Below are positions 18,369-27,545 of a stretch of 64,000 nucleotides of DNA, piece after piece (positions within the stretch are counted from its first letter, which is position 1; the number at the start of each line of letters is the position of its first letter). The notes under the pieces are model-generated. The model saw only the letters and a list, made by a program, of their open reading frames with translations, was not told where the DNA came from and did not search any database. The position numbers and the translations under genes were made by a program. This stretch comes from an uncultured Actinomycetes bacterium. GTDB lineage: Bacteria; Actinomycetota; UBA4738; CALAEC01. The stretch covers positions 11,036 through 75,035 of the forward strand of contig CAZKFH010000001.1 of the NCBI GenBank assembly GCA_964551945.1. Reading direction: 5' to 3'.

Positions 18369-19010
18369 ATGGGTACTTACGCACCTCCGCAACAAGGGGG
18401 TCTACCCAACGGACACCAGTTGGCCCCGACTCCTGCACCGGAGAAGGCCGTGTCCCACAACGACAACGCGACGCCGCGTCTCGAGGTGAAGGCAGGAAGG
18501 ATATGGGGGCTGCTTCGCATCGCCATGGGATGGACTTTCCTGTGGGCGTTCCTCGACAAGGCGTTCGGCCTCGGGTTCTCCACCGGACGGAACGCCGAGA
18601 CGGGAGCGATCCAGTTCTTCGGCCCGGACGCATGGATCAACGGGGGATCGCCGACAGACGGGTTCCTCCAGTTCGGGATTCATTCGAAGGGGTTTTTCCC
18701 CGATCTCTACGCGGGCCTGGTCGGTGCCACCTGGGTCGAGTGGGGCTACATGCTCTCGATGCTGCTGATCGGCCTCGCGCTGATCCTCGGAATCGGCACC
18801 CGGCTGGCCGCGATCGGCGGGATCCTCTGGATGGCGATGTTCTACACGGCAGGCGCCATCTGGCCGGAGAACAACCCGTTCCTGGATGACCACATCGTCT
18901 CCGCGATCGTGCTCTTTGGGGTCGCCTATGTCGGCGCTGGTCGGTACCTGGGATTCGGGCGATGGTGGGAGAGCACCACCCTGGTCCGCAAGTTCCCGGT
19001 TCTCAAGTAG
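18369..19010 (+). CDS. DoxX-family membrane protein (DoxD-like)
   Basis: LLRIAMGWTFLWAFLDK.FGLGFST, WINGGSPT.GFL, NNPFLDDH. Confidence 0.85.
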   Translation: MGTYAPPQQGGLPNGHQLAPTPAPEKAVSHNDNATPRLEVKAGRIWGLLRIAMGWTFLWAFLDKAFGLGFSTGRNAETGAIQFFGPDAWINGGSPTDGFLQFGIHSKGFFPDLYAGLVGATWVEWGYMLSMLLIGLALILGIGTRLAAIGGILWMAMFYTAGAIWPENNPFLDDHIVSAIVLFGVAYVGAGRYLGFGRWWESTTLVRKFPVLK

Positions 19011-19019
19011 TCGAGTTCA

Positions 19020-19049
19020 GCGAGGGGGGCGGCGTCTCGTCCCCCTCGC
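19020..19049. terminator. Hairpin between convergent genes
   Basis: GCGAGGGGG ... CCCCCTCGC inverted repeat. Confidence 0.6.
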
Positions 19050-19061
19050 GAGCGTCCCGAG

Positions 19062-19283
19062 CTACCCGGCGACGACGCCGATGCACCAGCTGCAGGGCGA
19101 GTACCCCTCGGCAAAGGCCTGCTCGAGCGAGTCGGGCGTGAAGATCACGGCATCGCCGGCGTTGATGATCTTGATGATCCCGCAGTGGCTGTTGTTTCCC
19201 TGCGAGTCGTGAACCTCATCGCGGCTCGGCTCGCTGTTGCCAAGGTAGCGATTCGAGTGACGGCTGAAGATCGGCGTTGCCAC
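19062..19283 (-). CDS. Small Cys/His protein, Ada metal-binding-domain-like
   Basis: YLGN...VH...C...F..LEQA..EGYSPCSWC pattern; purine-rich RBS before GTG. Confidence 0.55.
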   Translation of the reverse strand: MATPIFSRHSNRYLGNSEPSRDEVHDSQGNNSHCGIIKIINAGDAVIFTPDSLEQAFAEGYSPCSWCIGVVAG

Positions 19284-19422
19284 TCCACGCTCCCTTCGCG
19301 AGCGATGCCTGCTCCCTCGGGGGGCGGGTCCAAGGGTTCAACGGGGTAATCATACGAACGATAGGTTGGTGCCTCGGCCGATTCCCTAGGGATTCCCCTA
19401 GGTCCGGTAGGCTCCAGTCAGC

Positions 19423-19965
19423 GTGGAGAACGATGCTGAGGCTCGCTTTCGTTCCTTCTTCCAGGAGCACTACGAGGCGGTCCTCGCCTATGCCCTACGG
19501 AGGATCGGGAGCGAGGCGGCGGAGGACCTCGTCGCCGAGACGTTCCTGATCGCGTGGCGCCGTTACGACTCGATCCCCGAGGACCCACTGCCGTGGCTGT
19601 ACACGGTCGCTCGGAATCTCATCCTGAACCACCGCAGGGGGACGGTTCGACGCGACGTGTTCCTGGCAGCCCTGAAGGATGAGTCATCGGGGGAGCGGTC
19701 CGATCCGGGCGAGGAGCTTGCCACTCGAAGCGAGATACTCGCGGCGTTCAAAGGCCTTTCCCCTCGAGACCGGGAGACCCTGGCGCTCGTGGCGTGGGAG
19801 GGGCTTTCAGCACAACGAGCCGCAAAGGTCCTGGGCTGTTCGGTCGGGGCCTTCTGGGTGCGGCTTCACCGCGCTCGCCGGCGTCTCTCCAGAGAGCTGG
19901 AGGGCATTGGTTCGAGATCAGCAACCTCGATCGTGTTGCCAGATCTGGAAACGGAGCAGGGATGA
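19423..19965 (+). CDS. ECF sigma-70 factor
   Basis: AEDLVAETFLIAWRR, WLYTVARN region 2; LSPRDRE...RLHRARRRL region 4. Confidence 0.9.
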   Translation: MENDAEARFRSFFQEHYEAVLAYALRRIGSEAAEDLVAETFLIAWRRYDSIPEDPLPWLYTVARNLILNHRRGTVRRDVFLAALKDESSGERSDPGEELATRSEILAAFKGLSPRDRETLALVAWEGLSAQRAAKVLGCSVGAFWVRLHRARRRLSRELEGIGSRSATSIVLPDLETEQG

Positions 19966-20972
19966 ATCGCGAGGATGCTCTTCGCCAACTGAGACAGGCC
20001 GATCCCGCGCCGCCCGATGCGGTTCGTGGAGCGGCGCGCGGACCGGTGGCGCGAGACGCGCTGGAGCGGATCCTCGAAGCTCCTCGCGAGGAGCATGCTC
20101 CCCGAGCTCCGCGGCGCGCTTCGCTGGGGATCGCCGCGTCCGTCGTGACAGTTCTGATCGTCATCTCGGTGGCGATCATGCAAGGACCCGCGGAGGTGGA
20201 GCTTCCCTCGGTTCGAGCCGTTCTTTCGCAGGCGGCCGAGACGGCGAGGAGGGCTGGATCCGCGGAGGTGGGCCCTGGGCGGTTCCTCTATACACGGACG
20301 GAGATGACCGAGACGTCGACTTTCACGAACCCCGAGGGAAGCTGGAGTGTCCTGATCCCCGTTGTACGAGAGTTCTGGATCGCCGCGGACGGTTCGGGAC
20401 GCGTTCGTGAGGTGCCTGGGCGACCCACCTTCCCCGGCCCGCGCGACAGAGAACGGTGGCGGACGTTCGGGCGGCCGCGGATCGAGCAGCCCGTCTCCGA
20501 TCGGATCGTTGGGCCCGGCACATTCGCCTCCAACATCGGATCCGAGGAGTCGACCGACGCGAGGCTTCTGACCTCCGCCCTCCTGGCGAGCGACGTGGCG
20601 TCGGACCTTCCCCAGAACCAGCGTCTGTTCGCCGCGTCGTCCGATCTGTTGAGTAGGCCCCTCGCCGGTCCGGTCCTTCGCTCGGCCCTCTTCCGCTTCC
20701 TCGCGGGGCTCGATCGGGTCGAGCTCCTCGGGGAGGTTCAGGACCCGATGGGACGATCCGGGATCGGGGTGGCGATCCCTTCCCGCTCGAATGGTGCTCT
20801 GGCAAGGCGAGTGCTGATCTTCGACGAGGAGACGTCAGCGGTGCTGGCCGAAGAGGTTGTCCTGCTCGAGCGTGTCGGCTGGATGGATGCCTCCCCGCCG
20901 ATCATCATCGAGTCTCGAATATTCGGACAGACCGCGAATGTCGCGTCCGATCATGCTCGACCGCGTACTTAG
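19962..20972 (+). CDS. Putative anti-sigma factor (CU044_5270-like)
   Basis: ATGA overlap with the sigma stop; LRQADP N-terminus, single TM, DPMGRSGIGV and LIFD...VL.E motifs. Confidence 0.75.
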   Translation: MNREDALRQLRQADPAPPDAVRGAARGPVARDALERILEAPREEHAPRAPRRASLGIAASVVTVLIVISVAIMQGPAEVELPSVRAVLSQAAETARRAGSAEVGPGRFLYTRTEMTETSTFTNPEGSWSVLIPVVREFWIAADGSGRVREVPGRPTFPGPRDRERWRTFGRPRIEQPVSDRIVGPGTFASNIGSEESTDARLLTSALLASDVASDLPQNQRLFAASSDLLSRPLAGPVLRSALFRFLAGLDRVELLGEVQDPMGRSGIGVAIPSRSNGALARRVLIFDEETSAVLAEEVVLLERVGWMDASPPIIIESRIFGQTANVASDHARPRT

Positions 20973-21259
20973 GACCGCGGGGTCGAGGCAAGCTTCGGAG
21001 GCCAGGCGTCCGGGTCCAGATATCCGAAGATGAATGCTCGAGATACGAGCCCGGCTCGATTCTCGCAGGCGAACTTCGAGAGCAGGTTGCCGACGTGATA
21101 CGTGATCGCTTGCGCGCTCACGAAGAGTGTCCCGGCGATTGCTCGGGTTGAGAAGCCCTCGGCGACGAGCTCCAGCACCAGGGACTCGCGAGGCGTGAGG
21201 ATCGGAGGCACCCCAAGCTGGGTCGCCGTCTCCTCGGCGTAGTCGCTGCGTAGCGCCAT
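20969..21259 (-). CDS. Stand-alone LuxR-type HTH regulator
   Basis: LTPRESLVLELVAEGFSTRAIAGTLFVS...HVGNLLSKF...NRAGLV. Confidence 0.85.
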   Translation of the reverse strand: MALRSDYAEETATQLGVPPILTPRESLVLELVAEGFSTRAIAGTLFVSAQAITYHVGNLLSKFACENRAGLVSRAFIFGYLDPDAWPPKLASTPRS

Positions 21260-21399
21260 GTCTTCGTACTACATGTGTCCTCTCGTTCCCTTTCCTTACA
21301 CCCATCCACCTGCAGGTTGGATTTGGGAGAAGCCCTAGGGACGCCGCCGACGCCCCTACCTAGCCTCGATCGCGTCCATCGATCGCGGAAGGGGGCATC

Positions 21400-21840
21400 A
21401 TGTTTCAACGGCGGTTCGTCGTTGTCGTGCTCGGGCTGGCGCTACTCGCCATCGCATCGTCGGCCGGTACATCGCTTGCAGGCTCGAAGGAGCGAGACCG
21501 TGTCGTGATGCAGGGCGGTGACTTGATCCTGTTCCCGGCCATGGCAGCGCCAAGTGATTGTCCGGTCGACTATGTCTGTCTCTGGGCGAACCCGGAGTTC
21601 ATCGGAGGGATGGTTGCGTTCCGCGACTGTTGTCCTTGGTACAACCTTGCGGACTCGGGGTTCAACAACGTGGCGTCCTCATGGCGGAACAGGAAGGGCG
21701 TCGACGCCAGGATTGCCGACTTCCAGGATGGCAACGGCAACCGGCTGTGCCTGAACAGCGGCTCGCAGGCCGGGTCCATGGGTGGCTGGGACAACCAGGC
21801 GACGTCGTTGAAGATCTACAGCAGCTCGACGGCGTGCTGA
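21400..21840 (+). CDS. Secreted peptidase inhibitor I36 / beta-gamma-crystallin-like protein
   Basis: Signal peptide; CP..YVCLW...F.G, NNVASSWRN, DNQATSLK. Confidence 0.75.
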   Translation: MFQRRFVVVVLGLALLAIASSAGTSLAGSKERDRVVMQGGDLILFPAMAAPSDCPVDYVCLWANPEFIGGMVAFRDCCPWYNLADSGFNNVASSWRNRKGVDARIADFQDGNGNRLCLNSGSQAGSMGGWDNQATSLKIYSSSTAC

Positions 21841-22030
21841 GACTTCGCCGGCTTGCCCGGGCTCTGCGCTCCTCGGTCTTCGCTCGAGGAGGCACGGGCG
21901 CGCGCGATCGCCGCCGTCACGACCGTCGCAAGCGACCCTCGGATCGAGGCCCACGCGGAGCTGGGAGGAGATCGAGAGATGCCTCGGGACCCGGCGGGGG
22001 TCAGGCTCTATGACGGAGCTTCGGGTTTGC

Positions 22031-22876
22031 CTAGCTGCAGTCCCACGCTCCGCTGATCGTGCTCGTTCCTGCAACCAGGTTCACGACGCCGGCCTCCCCG
22101 GTCTCGTCGAAGATGACGGCTCCCTGGACGGGATCATCGCTCCCGAACACGCTTGCCTGAACCTGGAGGTTGCTCCCCGCGACGTAGGGGCCGGGACCCG
22201 TGAAGGGAGCCGCGGTGAAGGTGAGCGTTTCGCCGTCGAAGCCGAGGCGCACCGCGCGTTCCTTGCCTCCCTTGACGTCTTTCAGGGAGTCGCAAGTGGG
22301 AGTGAATGTCCCCGGGATGCCGGAGCCATCGTTGACCACGAGAACCGGGCCGCTCCCTGGAGGCGCACCGATGTCGGTGGGCACCAGACCCTCGGGGTCG
22401 AGGCTGGGTACGAGGCTCTCGATGAGGCTCGGGGGGATGGCTTCCGATGGGACCAGCGTGTCGTCGCTCGCGAGCGAGAGCGGGATGCCGACGCCCAGGA
22501 AGATCACCCCGAACAAGGCCGCGAACGCGGGGAGGTACCAGAGGCCGAACCAGCCCTGGACGCGGGCCTTCTGCGGGTTGTCCGGGGGGTAGAGAACATT
22601 GACCGTGGCGCCTGGCTGGTACCTCGGAGGATTGGACGAGACGCTTTCCGTGAAGGTGTGGGACTGCCCCTCGACGGTCGAGAACTGGACGATCGGGCTG
22701 TAGGTGGTGCCACCCTCGCTGCTGTGGCTCTCGGCCAGCCCGGTCACAACGCCTTGGACGCGTACCGCGTTCTCCACGAAGCGCCGAGCGCGCATGTAGA
22801 GGAGCAGTGCGGCGATCGCGCTCACCGCTCCCACCCCGATAAACGCCAGGCCCGTCGTTCCCACCGCACCCTCCAT
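22031..22876 (-). CDS. DUF3592-like membrane protein with C-terminal extension
   Basis: TM, G.V......YSPIVQF...G..V.VLY.PDNP..AR, second TM. Confidence 0.7.
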   Translation of the reverse strand: MEGAVGTTGLAFIGVGAVSAIAALLLYMRARRFVENAVRVQGVVTGLAESHSSEGGTTYSPIVQFSTVEGQSHTFTESVSSNPPRYQPGATVNVLYPPDNPQKARVQGWFGLWYLPAFAALFGVIFLGVGIPLSLASDDTLVPSEAIPPSLIESLVPSLDPEGLVPTDIGAPPGSGPVLVVNDGSGIPGTFTPTCDSLKDVKGGKERAVRLGFDGETLTFTAAPFTGPGPYVAGSNLQVQASVFGSDDPVQGAVIFDETGEAGVVNLVAGTSTISGAWDCS

Positions 22877-22971
22877 GCTCGAATGGTCGAGGTGGCCATG
22901 GTGTCCGCAGTCGTGAGGGCTGTCAAACCGCCAGGGATGCCGCTCGGGTCGCCGTTCACGGTGGTGCGGTC

Positions 22972-23406
22972 ATGATTCAGGTCCTTCTCGTTGACGACGA
23001 CGCGAGCCGGGAAGGACTCGCGTCGGTCCTCGACGCCGATCCGGAGCTGCGCGTCGTCGCCCAGGCGGAGGCCTTGGACGACGTGGTGCGCAGCCTGAAC
23101 GGCATGTCACCCGCCGTGGTGGTGGTCGACCTGAACCTCCAGACGGGGAGCGGGCTCGCTCTGTGCAGGCGCGTCTGGCGCGCCGACGGCACTCGGCGGA
23201 TCCTCGGCCTAACGGATGGGCGCGACATGGAGCTCGTGGCGGAGGCCTTCGAGGCCGGTGCGCACGGGGTCCTGCTCAAGGGAGCTAGCCCGTGCATGAT
23301 CCGCGAAGCCGTTCACATTGTCGCGCGCGGGGAGGTCTTCCTGGACCCGGCCGTAGCCATTCGCCTCCTTGGGCTCGAGGCTGGAAGGATCGCCGTGGAG
23401 GAGTAG
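22972..23406 (+). CDS. NarL-type receiver domain without output HTH
   Basis: VLLVDD, VVVVDLNL phospho-Asp, T and K conserved; ends just after the FLDPAVA linker. Confidence 0.8.
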   Translation: MIQVLLVDDDASREGLASVLDADPELRVVAQAEALDDVVRSLNGMSPAVVVVDLNLQTGSGLALCRRVWRADGTRRILGLTDGRDMELVAEAFEAGAHGVLLKGASPCMIREAVHIVARGEVFLDPAVAIRLLGLEAGRIAVEE

Positions 23407-23513
23407 GGCTCGACCGCGGGCTATCCCTCCGTGGGTTGCTCCTTGGCTTCGGTCTCGCTTCTTGAACGTCTCCTCTCGGGAATGGAGATGGTACGCCGCT
23501 GGTTCGAACTCGC

Positions 23514-24299
23514 ATGACGCAGTCGCCAGCCAGACACGTCGTTCTGCACCCCGAGGATCACGTGGTGCTGGGGGAGGGGGACTTCGGGATGCCCGGTCTC
23601 ACCGCCGCCGAGGCCATCGGGCCCTTCGTGGAGATCCAGGCATCGGGCCCACTGATCACGGTGCACGACTCGATCGTCAAGGCGGGACTCGGGATCGGGC
23701 ACCATCCCCACCGGTTCAACGAACGGCTCTTCTATATCGAGGAGGGCCAGCTGGATCACGACGATGCTGCGAACCACATCACCGGCCACATGGACACCGG
23801 CGACGTCGGGCAGTTCACCGAGGGTCAGCGGGGGATGCTGCATTCCGAGTGGAATCACGGCGAGGTCGATACCCGGGCCTACATCCTCGTGTACAGCACG
23901 GATCCGATCCCGCCGCGCGCGGCGTTCAACGTGCTGCGGGACGCGGAGGCGCCTCGGTACGAGGAGGCGGCCGGCGTCCGGACCAAGGAGCTCGTCGGGA
24001 CGAGGTCGCCCTTGCAGGTGAACGGCGACATCTGGTTCTTCGCCGACTCCACCGTTGAGGCGGGCGCGACGATCGAGCTGGCTGCCGGCGAGGGTCAGGG
24101 CGGGCTCGTGAGCGTTCGAGAAGGCAGCGTCGAGATCGAGGCGGACGGAGAGAAGCTCGGACCGGGCTCGACGATGCTCTTGCCACCGAGCCGCGAGCCC
24201 GAAAGCGTCCGTCTGCGCGCCGTGGAACCGTCTCGGATCGTGCGTGTCGTCCACGGTCCCGGACACGGATTCGTCAGAGGGACTCCTCTCCAGCGCTAA
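23514..24299 (+). CDS. Pirin-like bicupin
   Basis: HHPH..NE...Y..EG.L.H.D and GMLHSE.N metal ligands. Confidence 0.8.
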   Translation: MTQSPARHVVLHPEDHVVLGEGDFGMPGLTAAEAIGPFVEIQASGPLITVHDSIVKAGLGIGHHPHRFNERLFYIEEGQLDHDDAANHITGHMDTGDVGQFTEGQRGMLHSEWNHGEVDTRAYILVYSTDPIPPRAAFNVLRDAEAPRYEEAAGVRTKELVGTRSPLQVNGDIWFFADSTVEAGATIELAAGEGQGGLVSVREGSVEIEADGEKLGPGSTMLLPPSREPESVRLRAVEPSRIVRVVHGPGHGFVRGTPLQR

Positions 24300-24308
24300 C
24301 CTAGCCTC

Positions 24309-24845
24309 GTGATCGCGGACATCGCCTCGTTCCTCCGGTATCTCGACGGCGTTCACGGCCGCACGGTGCGGGATGTCACCTCGCTGCCCGCCGATGCTGA
24401 AGCGTGGCGCCCCCCGCCCTCGAGTGACGAGGAGGCTCCCTGGGGGATTCCGCAGATCGTGAAGCACATCGCGGAGGCGCGGACGTTCTTCGCGAACGCG
24501 TTCGTCGGCGCGGGATGGGTCTGGGACCCCTGGCTTGAGGGGCTCGAGGGCAAGGACCGGTGGGTCCCGGCGCTGGAGCAGTCGCTCGAGAGTGTCCGTT
24601 CGATGCTCGAGCAGGCGCCACCGGAGCGGCTGAGCGCACGGATCGAGGGGATGGGGGGCGAGGGACACGGCCTCTCCGGATGGCGCGCCTTGATGATGAT
24701 GGTCGAGCACGAGGTGCACCACCGATCGCAGCTCGCAACGTACGCGGGTCTCAACGGCTGGCCCGTCAACCAGATCTTCGGCCGCACGAACGAGTGGGTC
24801 GTCGCCCGTCTCGAGGAAGAGCGGCACCGGACGCAGCCCGGGTGA
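24309..24845 (+). CDS. DinB-family protein
   Basis: IVKHIA ... EHEVHHRSQL His triad. Confidence 0.8.
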   Translation: MIADIASFLRYLDGVHGRTVRDVTSLPADAEAWRPPPSSDEEAPWGIPQIVKHIAEARTFFANAFVGAGWVWDPWLEGLEGKDRWVPALEQSLESVRSMLEQAPPERLSARIEGMGGEGHGLSGWRALMMMVEHEVHHRSQLATYAGLNGWPVNQIFGRTNEWVVARLEEERHRTQPG

Positions 24846-25594
24846 GCCGTCGCGCGCTCCTGATCGCCGCCGTTCCGACGGGGGCGGTGTTGCTCCTCGG
24901 CGCGGAGATCCTCCTCGCCGTGAATGGCCCGCAGCTCCCCGCCCGCGATCCCTTCGAGCTGAGCGGTCTCGTGGATCCGGTCGGCTCGGGAGATGAGCCG
25001 TTCCACATGGTCTGGATCGGCGACTCGATCTCCTCAGGGGTTGGCGCGAGCGGGCTCGAGACCACGTTGCCCAGGCTCGTTGCGGTCGCCCTCGAGCGTT
25101 CGGTGCTTCTCGATGTGTACGCGGAGTCCGGTGAGCGTGTTGCCGGTGCGCTGGCCGAACAGGTCCCGCGGTTGGAGTCGCTCGACGCGAGCCCCGACGT
25201 CGTCGTGGTGGAGATCGGTGCGAACGACGTGACGCATCTCACGGGCCTCGACGACTTCCGCGCGGCCTACCGGGAGGTTCTCGAACGGGCGAGAGGGACG
25301 GGGGCCCGGCACGTCTTGGCGCTCGGCATCCCCGCGTTCGGCACCGCGCCGCGATTCCTCCAGCCGCTTCGGGCGATCGTGGGCTGGCGTGGCGGGCGGC
25401 TTGACGCTGAGGTTCGGAGGTCGGCGGCGGCGATCGGCGCCACCTACGTCGACATCGCCGGTCAGACGGCCGGGCCATTCAAGGACGATCCCGATCGCTA
25501 TTACGCGGACGACGAGTTCCATCCGAGCGACGCGGGCTACCGGCTCTGGGCGAAGGCGGTGCTCGGCGGGCTCGAGCGGCTCGGGATCGCCTAG
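24842..25594 (+). CDS. SGNH/GDSL hydrolase
   Basis: GDSIS, IGANDV, DEFHPSDAGY blocks; GTG 24842 overlaps upstream stop. Confidence 0.85.
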   Translation: MSRRALLIAAVPTGAVLLLGAEILLAVNGPQLPARDPFELSGLVDPVGSGDEPFHMVWIGDSISSGVGASGLETTLPRLVAVALERSVLLDVYAESGERVAGALAEQVPRLESLDASPDVVVVEIGANDVTHLTGLDDFRAAYREVLERARGTGARHVLALGIPAFGTAPRFLQPLRAIVGWRGGRLDAEVRRSAAAIGATYVDIAGQTAGPFKDDPDRYYADDEFHPSDAGYRLWAKAVLGGLERLGIA

Positions 25595-26041
25595 CTAGAG
25601 GCGGAGCGCCCGGATCGGGGCGACGATCGCCTCGGGGTTGTCCCTCCACACCTCGGGCTGCACGTCGATGTACAGCTCGATCTCGTTGCCGTCGGGATCC
25701 TCGATGTACAGGCTGTGCGTGACGGTGTGATCCGCTGCCCCCGACACGGTGACCCCCGCGGCGGTGAGCTCCTCCATGGCGTCCTTGAGCTCCTGATCGG
25801 TCTCTCCGACCTTCAGTCCGAAGTGGTACAAGCCAAGGCGCGGCGCGGGCGGCACCTGCGTGGCGCCGTGACCGACCTCGAGCAGAAGCAGCTCGTGATG
25901 CGTGCGGCCCGATGAGAAGACCGCCGCCTGATTCCCCATCCGCGCGACTTCGTTCCATCCGAGCACCTCGCCGTAGAAGTGCCGCGAACGCTCCAGGTCC
26001 CGCACATACAGCACGATGTGTCCGAGCTCTTTGACCTGCAT
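25595..26041 (-). CDS. VOC/glyoxalase family protein
   Basis: LGHIVLYVRDLERS..FY..VLG, HHEL, GLYHFG, YIEDPDGNEIELY. Confidence 0.9.
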   Translation of the reverse strand: MQVKELGHIVLYVRDLERSRHFYGEVLGWNEVARMGNQAAVFSSGRTHHELLLLEVGHGATQVPPAPRLGLYHFGLKVGETDQELKDAMEELTAAGVTVSGAADHTVTHSLYIEDPDGNEIELYIDVQPEVWRDNPEAIVAPIRALRL

Positions 26042-26122
26042 CTCTTGACCTCCTCATCCGGCGGAACGAGCGTGCAGCCGTTGATATTCCCTCACGTCGG
26101 ACGTTGCTGTCATGCTCCCGCC

Positions 26123-26899
26123 ATGAGGTGGGCCGTCGCCGTTCTCTGCGTTCTTCTGCTCCCGGCGTCCCCGCCGGTCTCGGCCCAGGTCGAGCAGGTC
26201 CCGCCGACGTGGAGACCTGACATCCGGCAGGCCGTGCGGTACGCGGATCAACGGGCCGGTGACGTTCGGTTCGCGATCATCGATGAGAGCGGACGCATGC
26301 GCGGTCACGCCGTCTCTGTCGGCGCGCCGATGGCCAGCGTCTTCAAGGTGATGTTGCTTGTCACGTACCTGCGGCGAGCGTCGGTCCGCAACCGGGAGCT
26401 GCGTGGTGCCGACCGCGCGTTGCTCGCGCCCATGATCCGACGCTCCGATAACGCGACGGCGACGCGGATACGAAACCTGGTGGGCGCGGAGGCGATCAAC
26501 CGATTGGCTCGCGATGCGGACATGCGGGATTTCCAGCTGCACTCCACCTGGGGGTTGAGCCGGACCTCTCCCCGGGACCAGGCTCCTTTCATGTTCGAGC
26601 TCGAGCGATACATCCCGTCCCGACACGAGGGATACGCTCGGCGACTCCTCTCTTCGGTCGTCAAAGGCCAGCGCTGGGGCATCCCGAAGGCCGCTCCGCC
26701 GGGCTGGGACGTCTACTTCAAGGGAGGCTGGGGCTCCGGCACGGGACGAGTCACCCATCAGGTGGCGTTCCTCGAATCCGGAGAACGGCGGATCGCGTTG
26801 GCGATCTTCACCGAGAACAGCCCGAGCCACTCGTACGGCACGAGCACGGTGCGAGGGGTCGCCGCCCGCCTGCTCCGCGGGCTCGGAGCGGGGGCTTGA
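26123..26899 (+). CDS. Secreted serine hydrolase of class A beta-lactamase fold
   Basis: Signal peptide, ASVFK (SxxK), SDN, FKGGW in place of KTG. Confidence 0.8.
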   Translation: MRWAVAVLCVLLLPASPPVSAQVEQVPPTWRPDIRQAVRYADQRAGDVRFAIIDESGRMRGHAVSVGAPMASVFKVMLLVTYLRRASVRNRELRGADRALLAPMIRRSDNATATRIRNLVGAEAINRLARDADMRDFQLHSTWGLSRTSPRDQAPFMFELERYIPSRHEGYARRLLSSVVKGQRWGIPKAAPPGWDVYFKGGWGSGTGRVTHQVAFLESGERRIALAIFTENSPSHSYGTSTVRGVAARLLRGLGAGA

Positions 26900-26928
26900 C
26901 GGGCGCCGGGGTAGGGTAAGCCTCCGCC

Positions 26929-27489
26929 ATGGACGACAGGCCCCCCTCGGATCCCGGCCGCACGTCGATGCCCCCCACTGAGCCTCTCGGTGGCACGGCC
27001 CCTATCCGTCCCCTGCAAGGTGGGACGGAGCCGATCCCCGAGCGCATCCGGCAGCCGATCGTGGTCCCTCACAACGAGTCCACGATCGCCGGCCTGCCTC
27101 GCCCGCTGGTGGTCGCCGCGGTCGGCGGGCTCATGCTCGCACTCCTCGCCGGGTTCTTCATCGGGCGCTCTGTCGGAGGGGGAGATGAGCCGACCGCCCC
27201 GGCCGCAACGGGACGGCGGGCGGTCTGCGAGCGCGCGCTCACGCTCTCGCTCCAGGTGTCCGCACTCCAGCAGCAAGCGCTCGAGAACCGGACGCTCGCC
27301 CTGCAGGCCGTTGCGCTCGCCGACGAGAGTCAGGTCGAGGATCTCACCGCTGGTCTCGCCGCGATCTCGACGGCGATCGAGGAGACCCAGGCCCAGCTGA
27401 CCCCCGCCGTAGAGCGCTGCCGAAGCGGCGGAGGCAAAGGCGGGAAAGGTCGCCGCGGCGGCCAGGGCGGGAATGGCGGGAATGACTGA
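26929..27489 (+). CDS. Hypothetical single-TM protein with helical C-terminal domain
   Basis: Pro-rich N-terminus, TM LVVAAVGGLMLALLAGFFIG, two Cys flanking a helical region. Confidence 0.55.
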   Translation: MDDRPPSDPGRTSMPPTEPLGGTAPIRPLQGGTEPIPERIRQPIVVPHNESTIAGLPRPLVVAAVGGLMLALLAGFFIGRSVGGGDEPTAPAATGRRAVCERALTLSLQVSALQQQALENRTLALQAVALADESQVEDLTAGLAAISTAIEETQAQLTPAVERCRSGGGKGGKGRRGGQGGNGGND

Positions 27490-27545
27490 TTTCCTGGGCC
27501 GGGAGGAGTTGAGTCGGCCCACGTCGAACCCTTAGGGGTTCATCC

